A DNA stretch of 38,410 nt, taken from Gemmobacter sp. (lineage in GTDB: Bacteria > Pseudomonadota > Alphaproteobacteria > Rhodobacterales > Rhodobacteraceae). Numbering within the stretch: the stretch's first letter is position 1; each line of letters starts with the position of its first letter. Positions 18,980-27,626 of this stretch are shown here, one piece after another. The stretch spans positions 1 through 38,410 of the forward strand of contig JANMDH010000183.1 in the NCBI GenBank assembly GCA_031376195.1. Direction: 5' to 3'. The notes beneath the pieces are model-generated. The model saw nothing but the letters and a program-made list of their open reading frames with translations. It did no database searches and had not been told where the DNA came from. Position numbers and translations under genes: made by a program.

Positions 18980-20076
18980 CAGCCATCCTCCAGATGCAGC
19001 AAAAGCCCCAGCGCAAACAGCATCGCCGCAAACGGCGGCGCCCAGGCCGCCATCGCAACCGGAATCTGGCCATTGTCCCCCAGAACCTGCGCGAAATTGC
19101 GCAGGAAGAACACCGAAAACCCCGCCACCAGTGCCAGCAGGATCATCGGCCCGGTTCCCCCGAAACGGGTGTGCCGCATCGTGAACCCCGCCGCCAGCAG
19201 CACCATCGCCGCCAACAGCAGGGGTTGCGCCAGTTCCATCTGTAACCAGACCTGATGACTGCGCGCCGAAAACCCGGCTCGTTCCAGCCCCTGAATATAT
19301 CCCGGCAAATCCCAGATCGGGATCGCACTCGGTGTCCCGAAACTGTCGCGGATCGCTTCGCGCGTCAGATCTGACGGCACCTGCAGATCACCGGTCTGCG
19401 CCGCCGCACCCGCCTCGGGGTTCGTCGCGCGCAAATCCCACTGCTTGGCCCCGCTGAGAACCCATGACCCGGGTTCAAGGCCGGCGCGCGCCGCCTCAAT
19501 CCGCCTTTGCAGGATGCCCGCCTGATCAAAACTCAGGAACGTCACATCATACAGTTCAGTCCCGTCCAGATTGGCCCGCAGTGCATGGATCACCGTTTGC
19601 CCCAAATCGCCGCCCTGCCGCAGCCACAGGCCATCCTCACTGATCGACAGCGTCCGCCCGGTGCCGTTTGCAAATTCCGTATACAAAAGATCATAGCGTT
19701 TCGATGTCGCCGCCACCAAGGGGTTGAACACCGCCACAGCCAGACCGCCCAGCACCAGTGCCACCGCCACCGGCGTCATCAGAAACCGCAGACCCGACCG
19801 CCCCGCCGCGCGCACCACCACCAGTTCGCTGGACCGCGCAAGGCCCAGAAACATCGCGATGGCAGACAAGATCAGGATCAGCGGCAGGATGCGGTAAAGC
19901 GTGGACGGCACATTCATCAGCGCCAGTTCCGTCGCCTGGCCCAGACTGATCGCCGGGTCGGAAAACCGGCGAAGCTGATCCAGCATGTCGATCAGCAGCA
20001 TGATGCCAAAGAACACCAGAAAGACGCGCGCCACCATGCCCGCAAATTTCCGCGCAATGTAGAAGGACAGCGTCAT
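18979..20076 (-). CDS. lptG: LPS export ABC transporter permease LptG
   Basis: YjgP/YjgQ-type permease (MTLSFYIARKF...). Six TM segments with a periplasmic beta-jellyroll insert. Start trimmed to ATG 20076, giving a 4-nt overlap with the lptF stop. Confidence 0.88.
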   Translation of the reverse strand: MTLSFYIARKFAGMVARVFLVFFGIMLLIDMLDQLRRFSDPAISLGQATELALMNVPSTLYRILPLILILSAIAMFLGLARSSELVVVRAAGRSGLRFLMTPVAVALVLGGLAVAVFNPLVAATSKRYDLLYTEFANGTGRTLSISEDGLWLRQGGDLGQTVIHALRANLDGTELYDVTFLSFDQAGILQRRIEAARAGLEPGSWVLSGAKQWDLRATNPEAGAAAQTGDLQVPSDLTREAIRDSFGTPSAIPIWDLPGYIQGLERAGFSARSHQVWLQMELAQPLLLAAMVLLAAGFTMRHTRFGGTGPMILLALVAGFSVFFLRNFAQVLGDNGQIPVAMAAWAPPFAAMLFALGLLLHLEDG

Positions 20077-21212
20077 GCGATGGCCTCTCCGCCCATCTGG
20101 TTCCCGCCCGCCCGCCGCCTGCGCGGGCGCTGCGCGATCCACAGCATCAGGATCGACAGGATCAGCCCGAGGGCGGGTGCGGCATAAGCCAACGGCCAGG
20201 CCTTGTCATTGCGCAATCCCACCGATGTGGCTGCCGTATTGATCAACTGCACGAATATCAGCAGCCCAATCGCGAAAATGATCTGTCGCCACAGGCCAAA
20301 GCGGCTGAACGCCCCCAGCAAAAGCGCGGAAAATCCGATCATCGCGGCGGCTGTCGCCAGCAGGGGCTGCGAAAACCGGCTGTGCCCTTCAAACAGAAAC
20401 GCGGCCCGTGTCTGCCCGGTTTCCGCCAGCAGCGCATCCGTCGGATGCAGCAGCGCCGCCGTCGAAAGTTCTTCCAAGCCCCGCCCGATTTGCGCAGCAC
20501 CCGAAATCATACCCCCGATATCATAGGTGAAGTCCGAAAACTGCGTGACCGCCAACCGCGTATCCGCCCGGGTCAGCGTCTGGATCATCCCGTCCAGCAT
20601 CACCAGCTTTGGCCCCGTATCCCCCCGCACCAGCAGTGCCCGGCTGGCGGTATAGGTCAGCCTGTCGCGGTCCGACCGATCATCCATCAGCAAAAGATCC
20701 CGCAATTCGCCGTTGGGCGTGATCTCGCGGATATACAGCGTCACCCCCTTGGCCGGATGCATGAACTGACCGTCATTCAGGAACCGCGCCGTCACGTTCT
20801 GCGAAATCTCGGCCGTGCGCAGCGCGAGCGTGGCCCGGCTGGCTGGTACCAGAACATGCATCAGGATCAACATCATGACGGCCACCAGCAGACCAAATAT
20901 CAACACCGGGCGGGCAAGCCGAAAGGCCGAAAACCCCGTCGCCTGCATCACCACAAGTTCGCTCTCCGACATCAGGCGATTGATGACGTAAACAGTGCCC
21001 GCAAACGCCGAAATCGGCAGCACAAGCCGGATCACGTTCGGCAGGGTCAGCATCGAGAATTCAAGGAAAACCAAGGCCGATTGCCCATCGCCGACCAGTT
21101 GATCGAACAGGCCGACAGCCCGGTTGATCCAATAGATCGCCACCAGAACCAGCGAAAAGAATCCGAACAGGGCCAGCAGTTGCGACAGCAGGTATCTGTC
21201 GAATTTCGGCAT
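20073..21212 (-). CDS. lptF: LPS export ABC transporter permease LptF
   Basis: YjgP/YjgQ family (MPKFDRYLLSQLLALFGFFSL...). Paired with lptG and divergent from pepA, as in E. coli. Confidence 0.88.
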   Translation of the reverse strand: MPKFDRYLLSQLLALFGFFSLVLVAIYWINRAVGLFDQLVGDGQSALVFLEFSMLTLPNVIRLVLPISAFAGTVYVINRLMSESELVVMQATGFSAFRLARPVLIFGLLVAVMMLILMHVLVPASRATLALRTAEISQNVTARFLNDGQFMHPAKGVTLYIREITPNGELRDLLLMDDRSDRDRLTYTASRALLVRGDTGPKLVMLDGMIQTLTRADTRLAVTQFSDFTYDIGGMISGAAQIGRGLEELSTAALLHPTDALLAETGQTRAAFLFEGHSRFSQPLLATAAAMIGFSALLLGAFSRFGLWRQIIFAIGLLIFVQLINTAATSVGLRNDKAWPLAYAAPALGLILSILMLWIAQRPRRRRAGGNQMGGEAIA

Positions 21213-21357
21213 TTTTCCTGTCTTCCCCTTTTCCGGTTGCTGCGGAACGCTAGACCAAAACCAAGGCCGGGAAAACTGCTATCTGGTCTTTGCCGTGACC
21301 CCCGTCTAGGGTCTGGCCGTTCCCTGCCTGTTTCCCTTGACCCCAGCGTGAGGCCCC

Positions 21358-22824
21358 ATGTCCCATCCCGTTCCGATCCAATTCCATGAAACTGACCTGA
21401 ACAGATTGTCCGATGCCGCAGGCCGCATTGCGGTTTTTGTCGCGGACGGCGGGCGGCTGGGGCCGGCGGCGCGCAGGCTTGATCGGTTGATGAAAGGGGC
21501 TTTGGCCCGTTTTGCCGCGTCCGAGGCTTTCGCCAAACTAAAGCCGGGCGAAGGGCAGGATCTGTCCTGGCCCGCAGGTCTGGCCGCCGAGGCGGTTCAG
21601 GTCATCCGTCTCGACCGACGGGCCGACATCGCGCAGGCGCGCAAGGCGGGTGGGACCATCGGGCGGTCGCTGTCAAAGGCAGCCACCCTTGTTCTTGCCG
21701 AAGGTATCGACCGGGCGGCGGATATTTCCTTCGGGATCGCGATGCGCGCCTATGATTTCATCCCGCACAAGACAGGCGAACAGATCATCCCCGGCCCCGT
21801 CACGATGATGGTGGCCAATCCCGCCGCGATTGCCGCCCTCGCCGCACCGATGGCTGCCTTGGCCGAAGGCGTCTTTTTCACCCGCGATCTGGTGAACGAA
21901 CCCGCCAACGTGCTGACCACCGATGATTTCGCAGGCCGCCTTGCCGCGATGCAGGAACTGGGACTTGAGGTGGAGATTCTGGAAGAGGCGGACCTTGCCA
22001 AACTCGGCATGCGCGCCTTGCTCGGCGTGGGGCAGGGGTCCGAGATGCCCTCCAAGGTTGTCGTGATGCAGTGGAAGGGCGCCAAGGACGAAGCCCCCTT
22101 CGCCCTGATCGGCAAGGGCGTGGTGTTCGACACCGGTGGCATTTCCATCAAGCCTGCCGGCGGCATGGAGGAAATGACGATGGACATGGGCGGCGCAGGT
22201 GTCGTTGCCGGTGTCATGCGCACGCTTGCCTTGCGCAAGGCCAAGGCGAATGTTGTCGGGCTGGTCGGGCTGGTCGAAAACATGCCCGACGGCAAGGCGC
22301 AGCGCCCGGGCGATGTGGTCAAATCCATGAAGGGCGACACGATTGAGGTGATCAACAAGGATGCCGAAGGCCGTTTGGTGTTGGCCGATGTGCTTTGGTA
22401 TGCGCAGGAACGGTTCAAACCTTCGGGCATGATCAATCTGGCCACGCTGACCGGCGCGATCATCGTGGCCTTGGGTCATGAAAACGCCGGTGTTTTTTCC
22501 AATGACGATGCACTGTGCAACGCGTTTCTGGCCGCAGCCAAGGCCGAAGGCGAAGGCGCTTGGCGGATGCCGATGGGGCAGGCTTATGATGACAAGCTGA
22601 AATCACGCATCGCCGACATGATGAACATCGGCGGGCGTGATGGCGGCGCGATCACGGCGGCACAGTTCCTGAAACGGTTCGTCAAGGATGACGTGCCGTG
22701 GTGTCATCTGGACATCGCCGGTACCGCCTTGTTGAAAACCGACACCACGCTTGCGCCCAAAGGGGCGACGGGCTGGGGGGTAATGGCGCTGAACCGCCTG
22801 ATCCGGGACCGTTACGAAAGCTAG
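21358..22824 (+). CDS. pepA: Leucyl aminopeptidase (M17)
   Basis: M17 catalytic region GKGVVFDTGGISIKP, NTDAEGRL-like INKDAEGRLVLAD, and LATLTGA. Confidence 0.95.
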   Translation: MSHPVPIQFHETDLNRLSDAAGRIAVFVADGGRLGPAARRLDRLMKGALARFAASEAFAKLKPGEGQDLSWPAGLAAEAVQVIRLDRRADIAQARKAGGTIGRSLSKAATLVLAEGIDRAADISFGIAMRAYDFIPHKTGEQIIPGPVTMMVANPAAIAALAAPMAALAEGVFFTRDLVNEPANVLTTDDFAGRLAAMQELGLEVEILEEADLAKLGMRALLGVGQGSEMPSKVVVMQWKGAKDEAPFALIGKGVVFDTGGISIKPAGGMEEMTMDMGGAGVVAGVMRTLALRKAKANVVGLVGLVENMPDGKAQRPGDVVKSMKGDTIEVINKDAEGRLVLADVLWYAQERFKPSGMINLATLTGAIIVALGHENAGVFSNDDALCNAFLAAAKAEGEGAWRMPMGQAYDDKLKSRIADMMNIGGRDGGAITAAQFLKRFVKDDVPWCHLDIAGTALLKTDTTLAPKGATGWGVMALNRLIRDRYES

Positions 22825-22830
22825 ATCGCC

Positions 22831-23304
22831 ATGGGCCTTGTCATGTTCTACCATCTGACCCGGTCCGCACCCGAAGATACGGCGCGGCCCCTGCTGCGCC
22901 GCGCGCTGGCTCAGGGTTGGCGCGTGATGATCCGGGGCACCGACGAGGCGGGCATGAAACGCCTTGATGAACGCTTGTGGCTGGGACCGGAGGACGAATT
23001 TCTGCCCCACGGTCTGGCCGGTGGCGACAGGGACGGCGAACAGCCTGTCCTGATCGGTCCCGGCCCCATCGGCAATGCCGCGCAGGCCCTTATGTTGCTG
23101 GATGGTGCCGCGCCGCTGGATAACGAAGTGGCGGCGATGGACCGCACCTTCGTGCTGTTTGACGGCAATGACGACGCCGCGTTGGCCGCGGCGCGGGACC
23201 GGTGGAGATCCCTCACCGCAGCAGGACACCCCGCGCAGTACTGGTCGGAAGAGACGGGAAAGTGGGAAAAAAAGGCGGAAAAGTTGCCGCCTTCTGTGCC
23301 CTGA
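22831..23304 (+). CDS. holC: DNA polymerase III subunit chi
   Basis: FYHLTRSAPEDTARPLLRRALAQGWRVMIRG...LDERLWLGPEDEFLPHG is typical of alphaproteobacterial HolC. Follows pepA. The start could instead be ATG 22843. Confidence 0.8.
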   Translation: MGLVMFYHLTRSAPEDTARPLLRRALAQGWRVMIRGTDEAGMKRLDERLWLGPEDEFLPHGLAGGDRDGEQPVLIGPGPIGNAAQALMLLDGAAPLDNEVAAMDRTFVLFDGNDDAALAAARDRWRSLTAAGHPAQYWSEETGKWEKKAEKLPPSVP

Positions 23305-23310
23305 CCGAAA

Positions 23311-23661
23311 TCAGATCAAGGCAGCCGTCACGATCACCTCGACCAGATATCCCGGTGCCGCCAGCTTTGCCTCGCCCGTGGCCCGCGCGGGCGTATGGCC
23401 GGGGGCAACCCACGCATCCCAGACCGCATTCATTTCCGCAAACGCCGCCATGTCCGCAAGCCAGATCTGCGCCGACACGATCCGCGTCTTGTCGATGCCA
23501 GCCCCCGCCAGAATGCGGTCCACTTCGGCCAGGCAAGCCTTCGTCTGATCCCCCACACTTTCGCCGGGGGTGCCAACCTGGCCCGCCACCCAAAGAATGC
23601 CGTTGCAGGCGACAGCTTCGCTCATCCGGGGTCCGGTGCCGTAGCGGGTGATGGTGGTCAT
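23311..23661 (-). CDS. RidA/YjgF/TdcF-family protein (reactive intermediate deaminase-like)
   Basis: 116 aa with the YjgF-type pattern (...GQVG..., ...IWLADMAAFAEMNAVWDAWV...PARATGEAKLA). AAGGAT RBS. Confidence 0.85.
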   Translation of the reverse strand: MTTITRYGTGPRMSEAVACNGILWVAGQVGTPGESVGDQTKACLAEVDRILAGAGIDKTRIVSAQIWLADMAAFAEMNAVWDAWVAPGHTPARATGEAKLAAPGYLVEVIVTAALI

Positions 23662-23692
23662 GGCCGATCCTTTTTCAAATGTTGCGTAAACA

Positions 23693-24787
23693 TCAACGTT
23701 TTGGTCGCGGTGTCAGGACACGCAGAACACGACGCTTGGCGGTCCTGAACAAGTTTCTGATGCGTGAAGGGGGCTTCGCCGTCAGCTTGCCGCGTCGAAT
23801 GGGACGGCTTTTCGCAGACTTGCGGTCTTTTTCCTGCAGAATTTGCAGTGCCTCGGGAAGATGTCGATACGCAACACCAAACAGATGTTCTGCACTTCTG
23901 ACCGGTTCTTCAACCACCGTCTTCGTTCCGATAAGATCAAACCCGGTCAAGGCCGTCATGTAGTCGATATCTTTGGCATTTCGCGCGACATAGCCATCAA
24001 TGATACTGTCGGTGAACCCAAGTTTTCCGGTTCCAAAGGATCCCAAAGCGGTCGCAACCGCAAGCCTGTGGCGTTCTTTTTGAAACGGAGTTGAGCTACG
24101 TAAAGGTGGAGCCAGCGCGTTATTTAGAATATTATTCAGGAAGACTATAGAACATGCCTCTAAAGAAAAAGATTCGTTGACCACCACATGCTTTATTTTC
24201 GCAGAGTCAATATTTACAAATGAAAGGAAGTCGTCGACAACATCGCCGTTCAGAAGTGTTTTTCGATCAAACAAACGAAATTCAATATTTTCTCGACCAA
24301 AAGCTTTGATGACATTTTCAGTGCGCTTGCGATAAACGGGATCTGGAATTTCAAACTTACGCAGGCCCGCCTTCAACTGCTGCTGAAAAACACTGGCCGC
24401 GTATCCCTTGACGGGGCGCACATACATCAGAATTCTAATGCGATCAAAATGCTTTCTCAGCGACGCATGCATTTCCGAAAGTTCGACTTCGTTCAGACGG
24501 GCACTTATATTTTCTGATGACAGTATCAGGTCCGATCGCCCATTAACCTCGCTATCATATACCAGCTTTGATTTTTGTAGATTGTATAAAAAGCGGACTT
24601 TCGCGGGTTTGGGTGTCACAATCTCAGAGGCGCGATCAGAAAACAGGAAAGTCAGATAATTGGAATGATTATGGTTCTGAAGCCCACCATAGATAACCCG
24701 TTCATCACGGTAGCCAAGCAGGGTTTTCTGTATCGAAGTAGATCCGGTCTTTGGCATACCCAAATGGATATAGCAGGTTCTGGCCAT
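23693..24787 (-). CDS. Orphan low-GC protein, putative PAPS-dependent sulfotransferase fold, with an Arg/Lys-rich C-terminal tail
   Basis: N-terminal HLGMPKTGSTSIQ resembles the sulfotransferase 5'-PSB loop (PKxGTT). RPVKGYAAS fits the 3'-PB R-x7-S motif. AGGTGA RBS 5 nt upstream of ATG 24787. Hand-counted GC is 28-38% in 24121-24300, against 63% in the flanking ridA. That it is a real gene is more certain than its function. Confidence 0.6.
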   Translation of the reverse strand: MARTCYIHLGMPKTGSTSIQKTLLGYRDERVIYGGLQNHNHSNYLTFLFSDRASEIVTPKPAKVRFLYNLQKSKLVYDSEVNGRSDLILSSENISARLNEVELSEMHASLRKHFDRIRILMYVRPVKGYAASVFQQQLKAGLRKFEIPDPVYRKRTENVIKAFGRENIEFRLFDRKTLLNGDVVDDFLSFVNIDSAKIKHVVVNESFSLEACSIVFLNNILNNALAPPLRSSTPFQKERHRLAVATALGSFGTGKLGFTDSIIDGYVARNAKDIDYMTALTGFDLIGTKTVVEEPVRSAEHLFGVAYRHLPEALQILQEKDRKSAKSRPIRRGKLTAKPPSRIRNLFRTAKRRVLRVLTPRPKR

Positions 24788-24912
24788 TGAGTCACCTGAC
24801 GGGTTTGCTGTTCCAAGATTAAGCCTATCAACTCAAATACCGCGGAACGTCAAGACAGATAACGTTCAGATATTTCTTAAGTATCATCGCAGCAACGAAC
24901 CGGCTTTGAAAA

Positions 24913-24986
24913 TGGAGCGGGTGAAGGGAATCGAACCCTCGTATTCAGCTTGGGAAGCTGCTGCTCTACCATTGAGCTACACCCGC
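24913..24986 (-). tRNA. tRNA-Gly (anticodon CCC), CCA encoded
   Basis: The reverse complement is GCGGGTGTAGCTCAATGGTAGAGCAGCAGCTTCCCAAGCTGAATACGAGGGTTCGATTCCCTTCACCCGCTCCA. It has a 7-bp acceptor stem, a GCTC/GAGC D stem, anticodon loop TTCCCAA and a GAGGG-TTCGATT-CCCTT T arm. Near-identical in layout to E. coli tRNA-Gly1. Confidence 0.93.
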
Positions 24987-25046
24987 GTTGCCTTGAGGTA
25001 GATCAGCCGCGCCGTGCCGTCAAGACGGATCGATGCGGCCCACCGC

Positions 25047-26698
25047 TCAGGGCAAGGTGATTTCCGTTCGCTCGCCAGGTGTCACGGTCACAGTGACCTC
25101 AGACTGCTTCTCGCCGCGCATCGCCACGATCAGGTACGCGCCCCCCGGTGCGATCAGGTCTTTTTCCTCGGCATAGTCAAAGCTTTGCGATTTGCGGTTG
25201 CCACTGATGTCGGGCTTTGCATCGAACACCTCAATCGACGTCGCACCAGCCGCCTTGATCGCCAGCACGCCTGCGTTCAAAATGACTTTCACCTCAACCC
25301 GTTCGCCGGATTTCACCGTGAACGGCGTCTCGGCCTGTGCGGCACCTTGGCTGACGCGGGCGATATACTCCCCCGGTGGCAGCGTGAACTGCTGTGCCGG
25401 GCCATAGCTGGTGTCACGCTGTCCTGACTGCCGTCCAGCGCCTTTTTCGCCGCCATAATTTCAACCGAATGCTGGGTTGAATCCATAATCTGGCCGTCAA
25501 CATAATACGCATCAATCGCCGCCACTCCCGCGCCGACGATCATGTCTTTCTCGACCGTTTCGCCGGGGGCAAGGGTCACGGTTTCGCTGGCGGATGCCTC
25601 GCCGATCTTGACGCTGATCCGCGTGTCACCGGCGGGGACGACGACTTTGGCCTCGCCGTAGTGGGTTGCGTCCATGCCCGCCGCGTTGGTCAGGTTCAGC
25701 GCCGCCCCCCCATCGACAGGACCATCCGCCGAAACCCGGGGCGTCAGGATCAGCACACCAGCATTCAGGATCACCTGAGGTTGCAGAAGCGTCGTGTCAG
25801 TGACCGTTACATCCACTTCCGCAGAAGCCTCGCCTATCCGGCCAAGCAGCCGATAGGTGCCCGCAGGCAAAAGGTCACGATATTTGTTATACTCGGTGGA
25901 GATTTGCGCCCCCCGTTCGCCATTTTCGGCGATTGCGAACAGCTCCCACGCGTTGCCATTCACGATTTCCGGCCCGCCTTCGGAAAGATACAATTGCGGT
26001 GCGATGTTGAATTCAACGGCAGCCATCGGTGCTGGTTCGGGCGCAGGTTCGGGTTCCGGCTCAACCACTGCCACCGTGGTCTTCAACGCCTCGACCAGGG
26101 CGCCGGAATCTTTCGCTTCGATGTAAAGCCCACCAGTGTTTTCCGCCAGACAGGCCACCTGTTTGCCTTCTTCCGCCGTCAGGCCAAAGCCTACGACATG
26201 CGCCGTGAAGTCCACCCCCGATGCTTCCAGTTCCGCCCCAAGGGCGCAGGGGTCGGCATTGCAGGTTTCAATCCCGTCCGTGATCAGAATGACCGTGGCC
26301 TTTTCCTCGGTGGACCGCAGTTCTGCCGCCGCCTGGCGCACGGCTTCGGTGAGGGGTGTCTTGCCCAGAAACTGCAGGGTTGCAGCCGCCTGCGCGATGG
26401 CAGCCCCTGTGCCCGCCGCCGGCGGGACGACCAGTTCGATATCCGCACAATCGCCCTTGGTGCGATGCCCATAGGCGATCAGCCCAAGTTCAGTTTCCGC
26501 AGGCACGCCCTGCAGAACGGTTGCAAGTGCCTCACGCGCGATTTCCAGTTTGGCCCGCCCATCGATCTGGCCCCACATCGACCCCGACGCATCCAGCACA
26601 ATGATCGATTTTCCCTCCGCTCGGGCAGCCCCGCCAGACAAGGCAATCATCACAAAAAGGCAAAGGGCACGTCCCAAAGGACCAAAAGACAACTGCAT
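25047..26698 (-). pseudogene. Exported von Willebrand factor A (VWA) domain protein with four C-terminal beta-rich repeats, interrupted by a -1/+2 frameshift near 25395-25410
   Basis: Signal peptide plus VWA MIDAS motif (IIVLDASGSMWG) in ORF 25313..26701. The repeat pattern (..LPAGTYRL..GEASAE..TVT.., ..VPAGDTRI..GEASASETVT..) continues as SYGPAQQFTLPPGEYIARVSQGAAQAETPFTVKSGERVEVKVILNAGVL in another frame, which becomes ORF 25047..25316. Start taken as ATG 26698 (GGGAGA RBS). The shift could also be a sequencing error. Confidence 0.7.
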
Positions 26699-26771
26699 CA
26701 AATTCTCCCGACCTAAATTCCTGCGCGACTGTAGGTCAAGGGCCTGCGATCTGACAAGCGGGTGCCGGGAC

Positions 26772-26801
26772 TAAAAAGGGCCGCCGCAAATGCGACGGCC
26801 C
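26772..26801 (-). terminator. Rho-independent terminator after the fasciclin gene
   Basis: Minus-strand RNA GGGCCGUCGC-AUUU-GCGGCGGCCC (9 of 10 positions paired), followed by UUUUUAG. Confidence 0.6.
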
Positions 26802-26884
26802 TCGGGGGCAGGGCGGGGACAGATGCCAAACCCCCGATGGTCAGGGCCTGCCGGATGGAAGAGACGTCACCCGGCAGAATCCCC

Positions 26885-27439
26885 TCACATTTTGGGCAGA
26901 AGAACGGTGTCGATGACGTGGATCACGCCGTTCGACTGTTTCACATCTGCAATCGTCACGGTGGCCATGTTGCCTTGACCGTCCTCGATCATCACTTTGC
27001 CGTCTTTCGTGCTTGCCGTGAATTCACAGCCGCCGACGGTCGAAATGACATGCTTGCCGCCATCCGCTTCGATCATGCCGACGATGTCGGTCGACATGGC
27101 ATTGGCCGCAACCACATGACAGGTCAGGATCTTGACCAGCATTTCCTTGTTTTCCGGCTTCAGCAGCGTCTCAACAGTGCCTGCAGGCAGTTTTGCAAAG
27201 GCGTCATTCGTCGGGGCAAGAACCGTGAACGGGCCGGCACCAGACAGCGTTTCCACCAGACCGGCAGCCGTCACAGCGGCGACCAATGTGGTGTGATCCG
27301 CTGAATTCACGGCGTTTTCGACGATATTCTTGTCTTCAAACATTGCGGCACCACCCACCATCGGGTTTTCGGCAAACGCGACAGAAGCGGACAGCGCGGC
27401 AATGGCGGTCAGGCCAGCGAAGCTAAAGGTCTTGAACAT
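26885..27439 (-). CDS. Fasciclin (FAS1) domain-containing exported protein
   Basis: Signal peptide MFKTFSFAGLTAIAALSASVAFA. FAS1 motifs TLVAAVTAAGLVETL, GPFTVLAPTNDAFAKLP and NGVIHVIDTVLLP. Confidence 0.88.
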   Translation of the reverse strand: MFKTFSFAGLTAIAALSASVAFAENPMVGGAAMFEDKNIVENAVNSADHTTLVAAVTAAGLVETLSGAGPFTVLAPTNDAFAKLPAGTVETLLKPENKEMLVKILTCHVVAANAMSTDIVGMIEADGGKHVISTVGGCEFTASTKDGKVMIEDGQGNMATVTIADVKQSNGVIHVIDTVLLPKM

Positions 27440-27488
27440 TCGGTATCTCCTCAGTCGGGCAGGGACGATCCCAGCCTCACGTGACCAG

Positions 27489-27515
27489 TAACGCGACGAA
27501 GATGAACAAAGTTGC
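27489..27515 (-). promoter_or_regulatory. Candidate ECF-type promoter upstream of the fasciclin gene
   Basis: The minus strand reads GCAAC-N17-CGTTA (AAC / CGT elements with 17-nt spacing), about 50-75 nt upstream of ATG 27439. This matches only the generic ECF pattern; the consensus for this sigma is unknown. Confidence 0.3.
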
Positions 27516-27565
27516 AGCAGGCTGGTATCATCACGCGTTCGTGATGCAGATCTGTGAAATATCTG

Positions 27566-27602
27566 AAAACAAACAAAAACGGCGGACGCATCTGCATCCG
27601 CC
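27566..27602 (-). terminator. Rho-independent terminator after the anti-sigma factor gene
   Basis: Minus-strand RNA GGCGGAUGCAGAUGCGUCCGCC, followed by GUUUUUGUUUGUUUU. Begins 25 nt past the stop at 27627. Confidence 0.6.
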
Positions 27603-27626
27603 GCCGCGCGCGCATCAGGTGTGATC

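Noticed and set aside
24788-24912. Search for an att-like direct repeat of the tRNA-Gly 3' end, or for integrase remnants, delimiting the low-GC islet.
   Set aside because: Only a 6-nt coincidence (cgaacc) was found. No repeat appears near the ridA-proximal boundary (23660-23700) and there is no recombinase ORF. The mechanism and boundaries of acquisition cannot be supported from this sequence.
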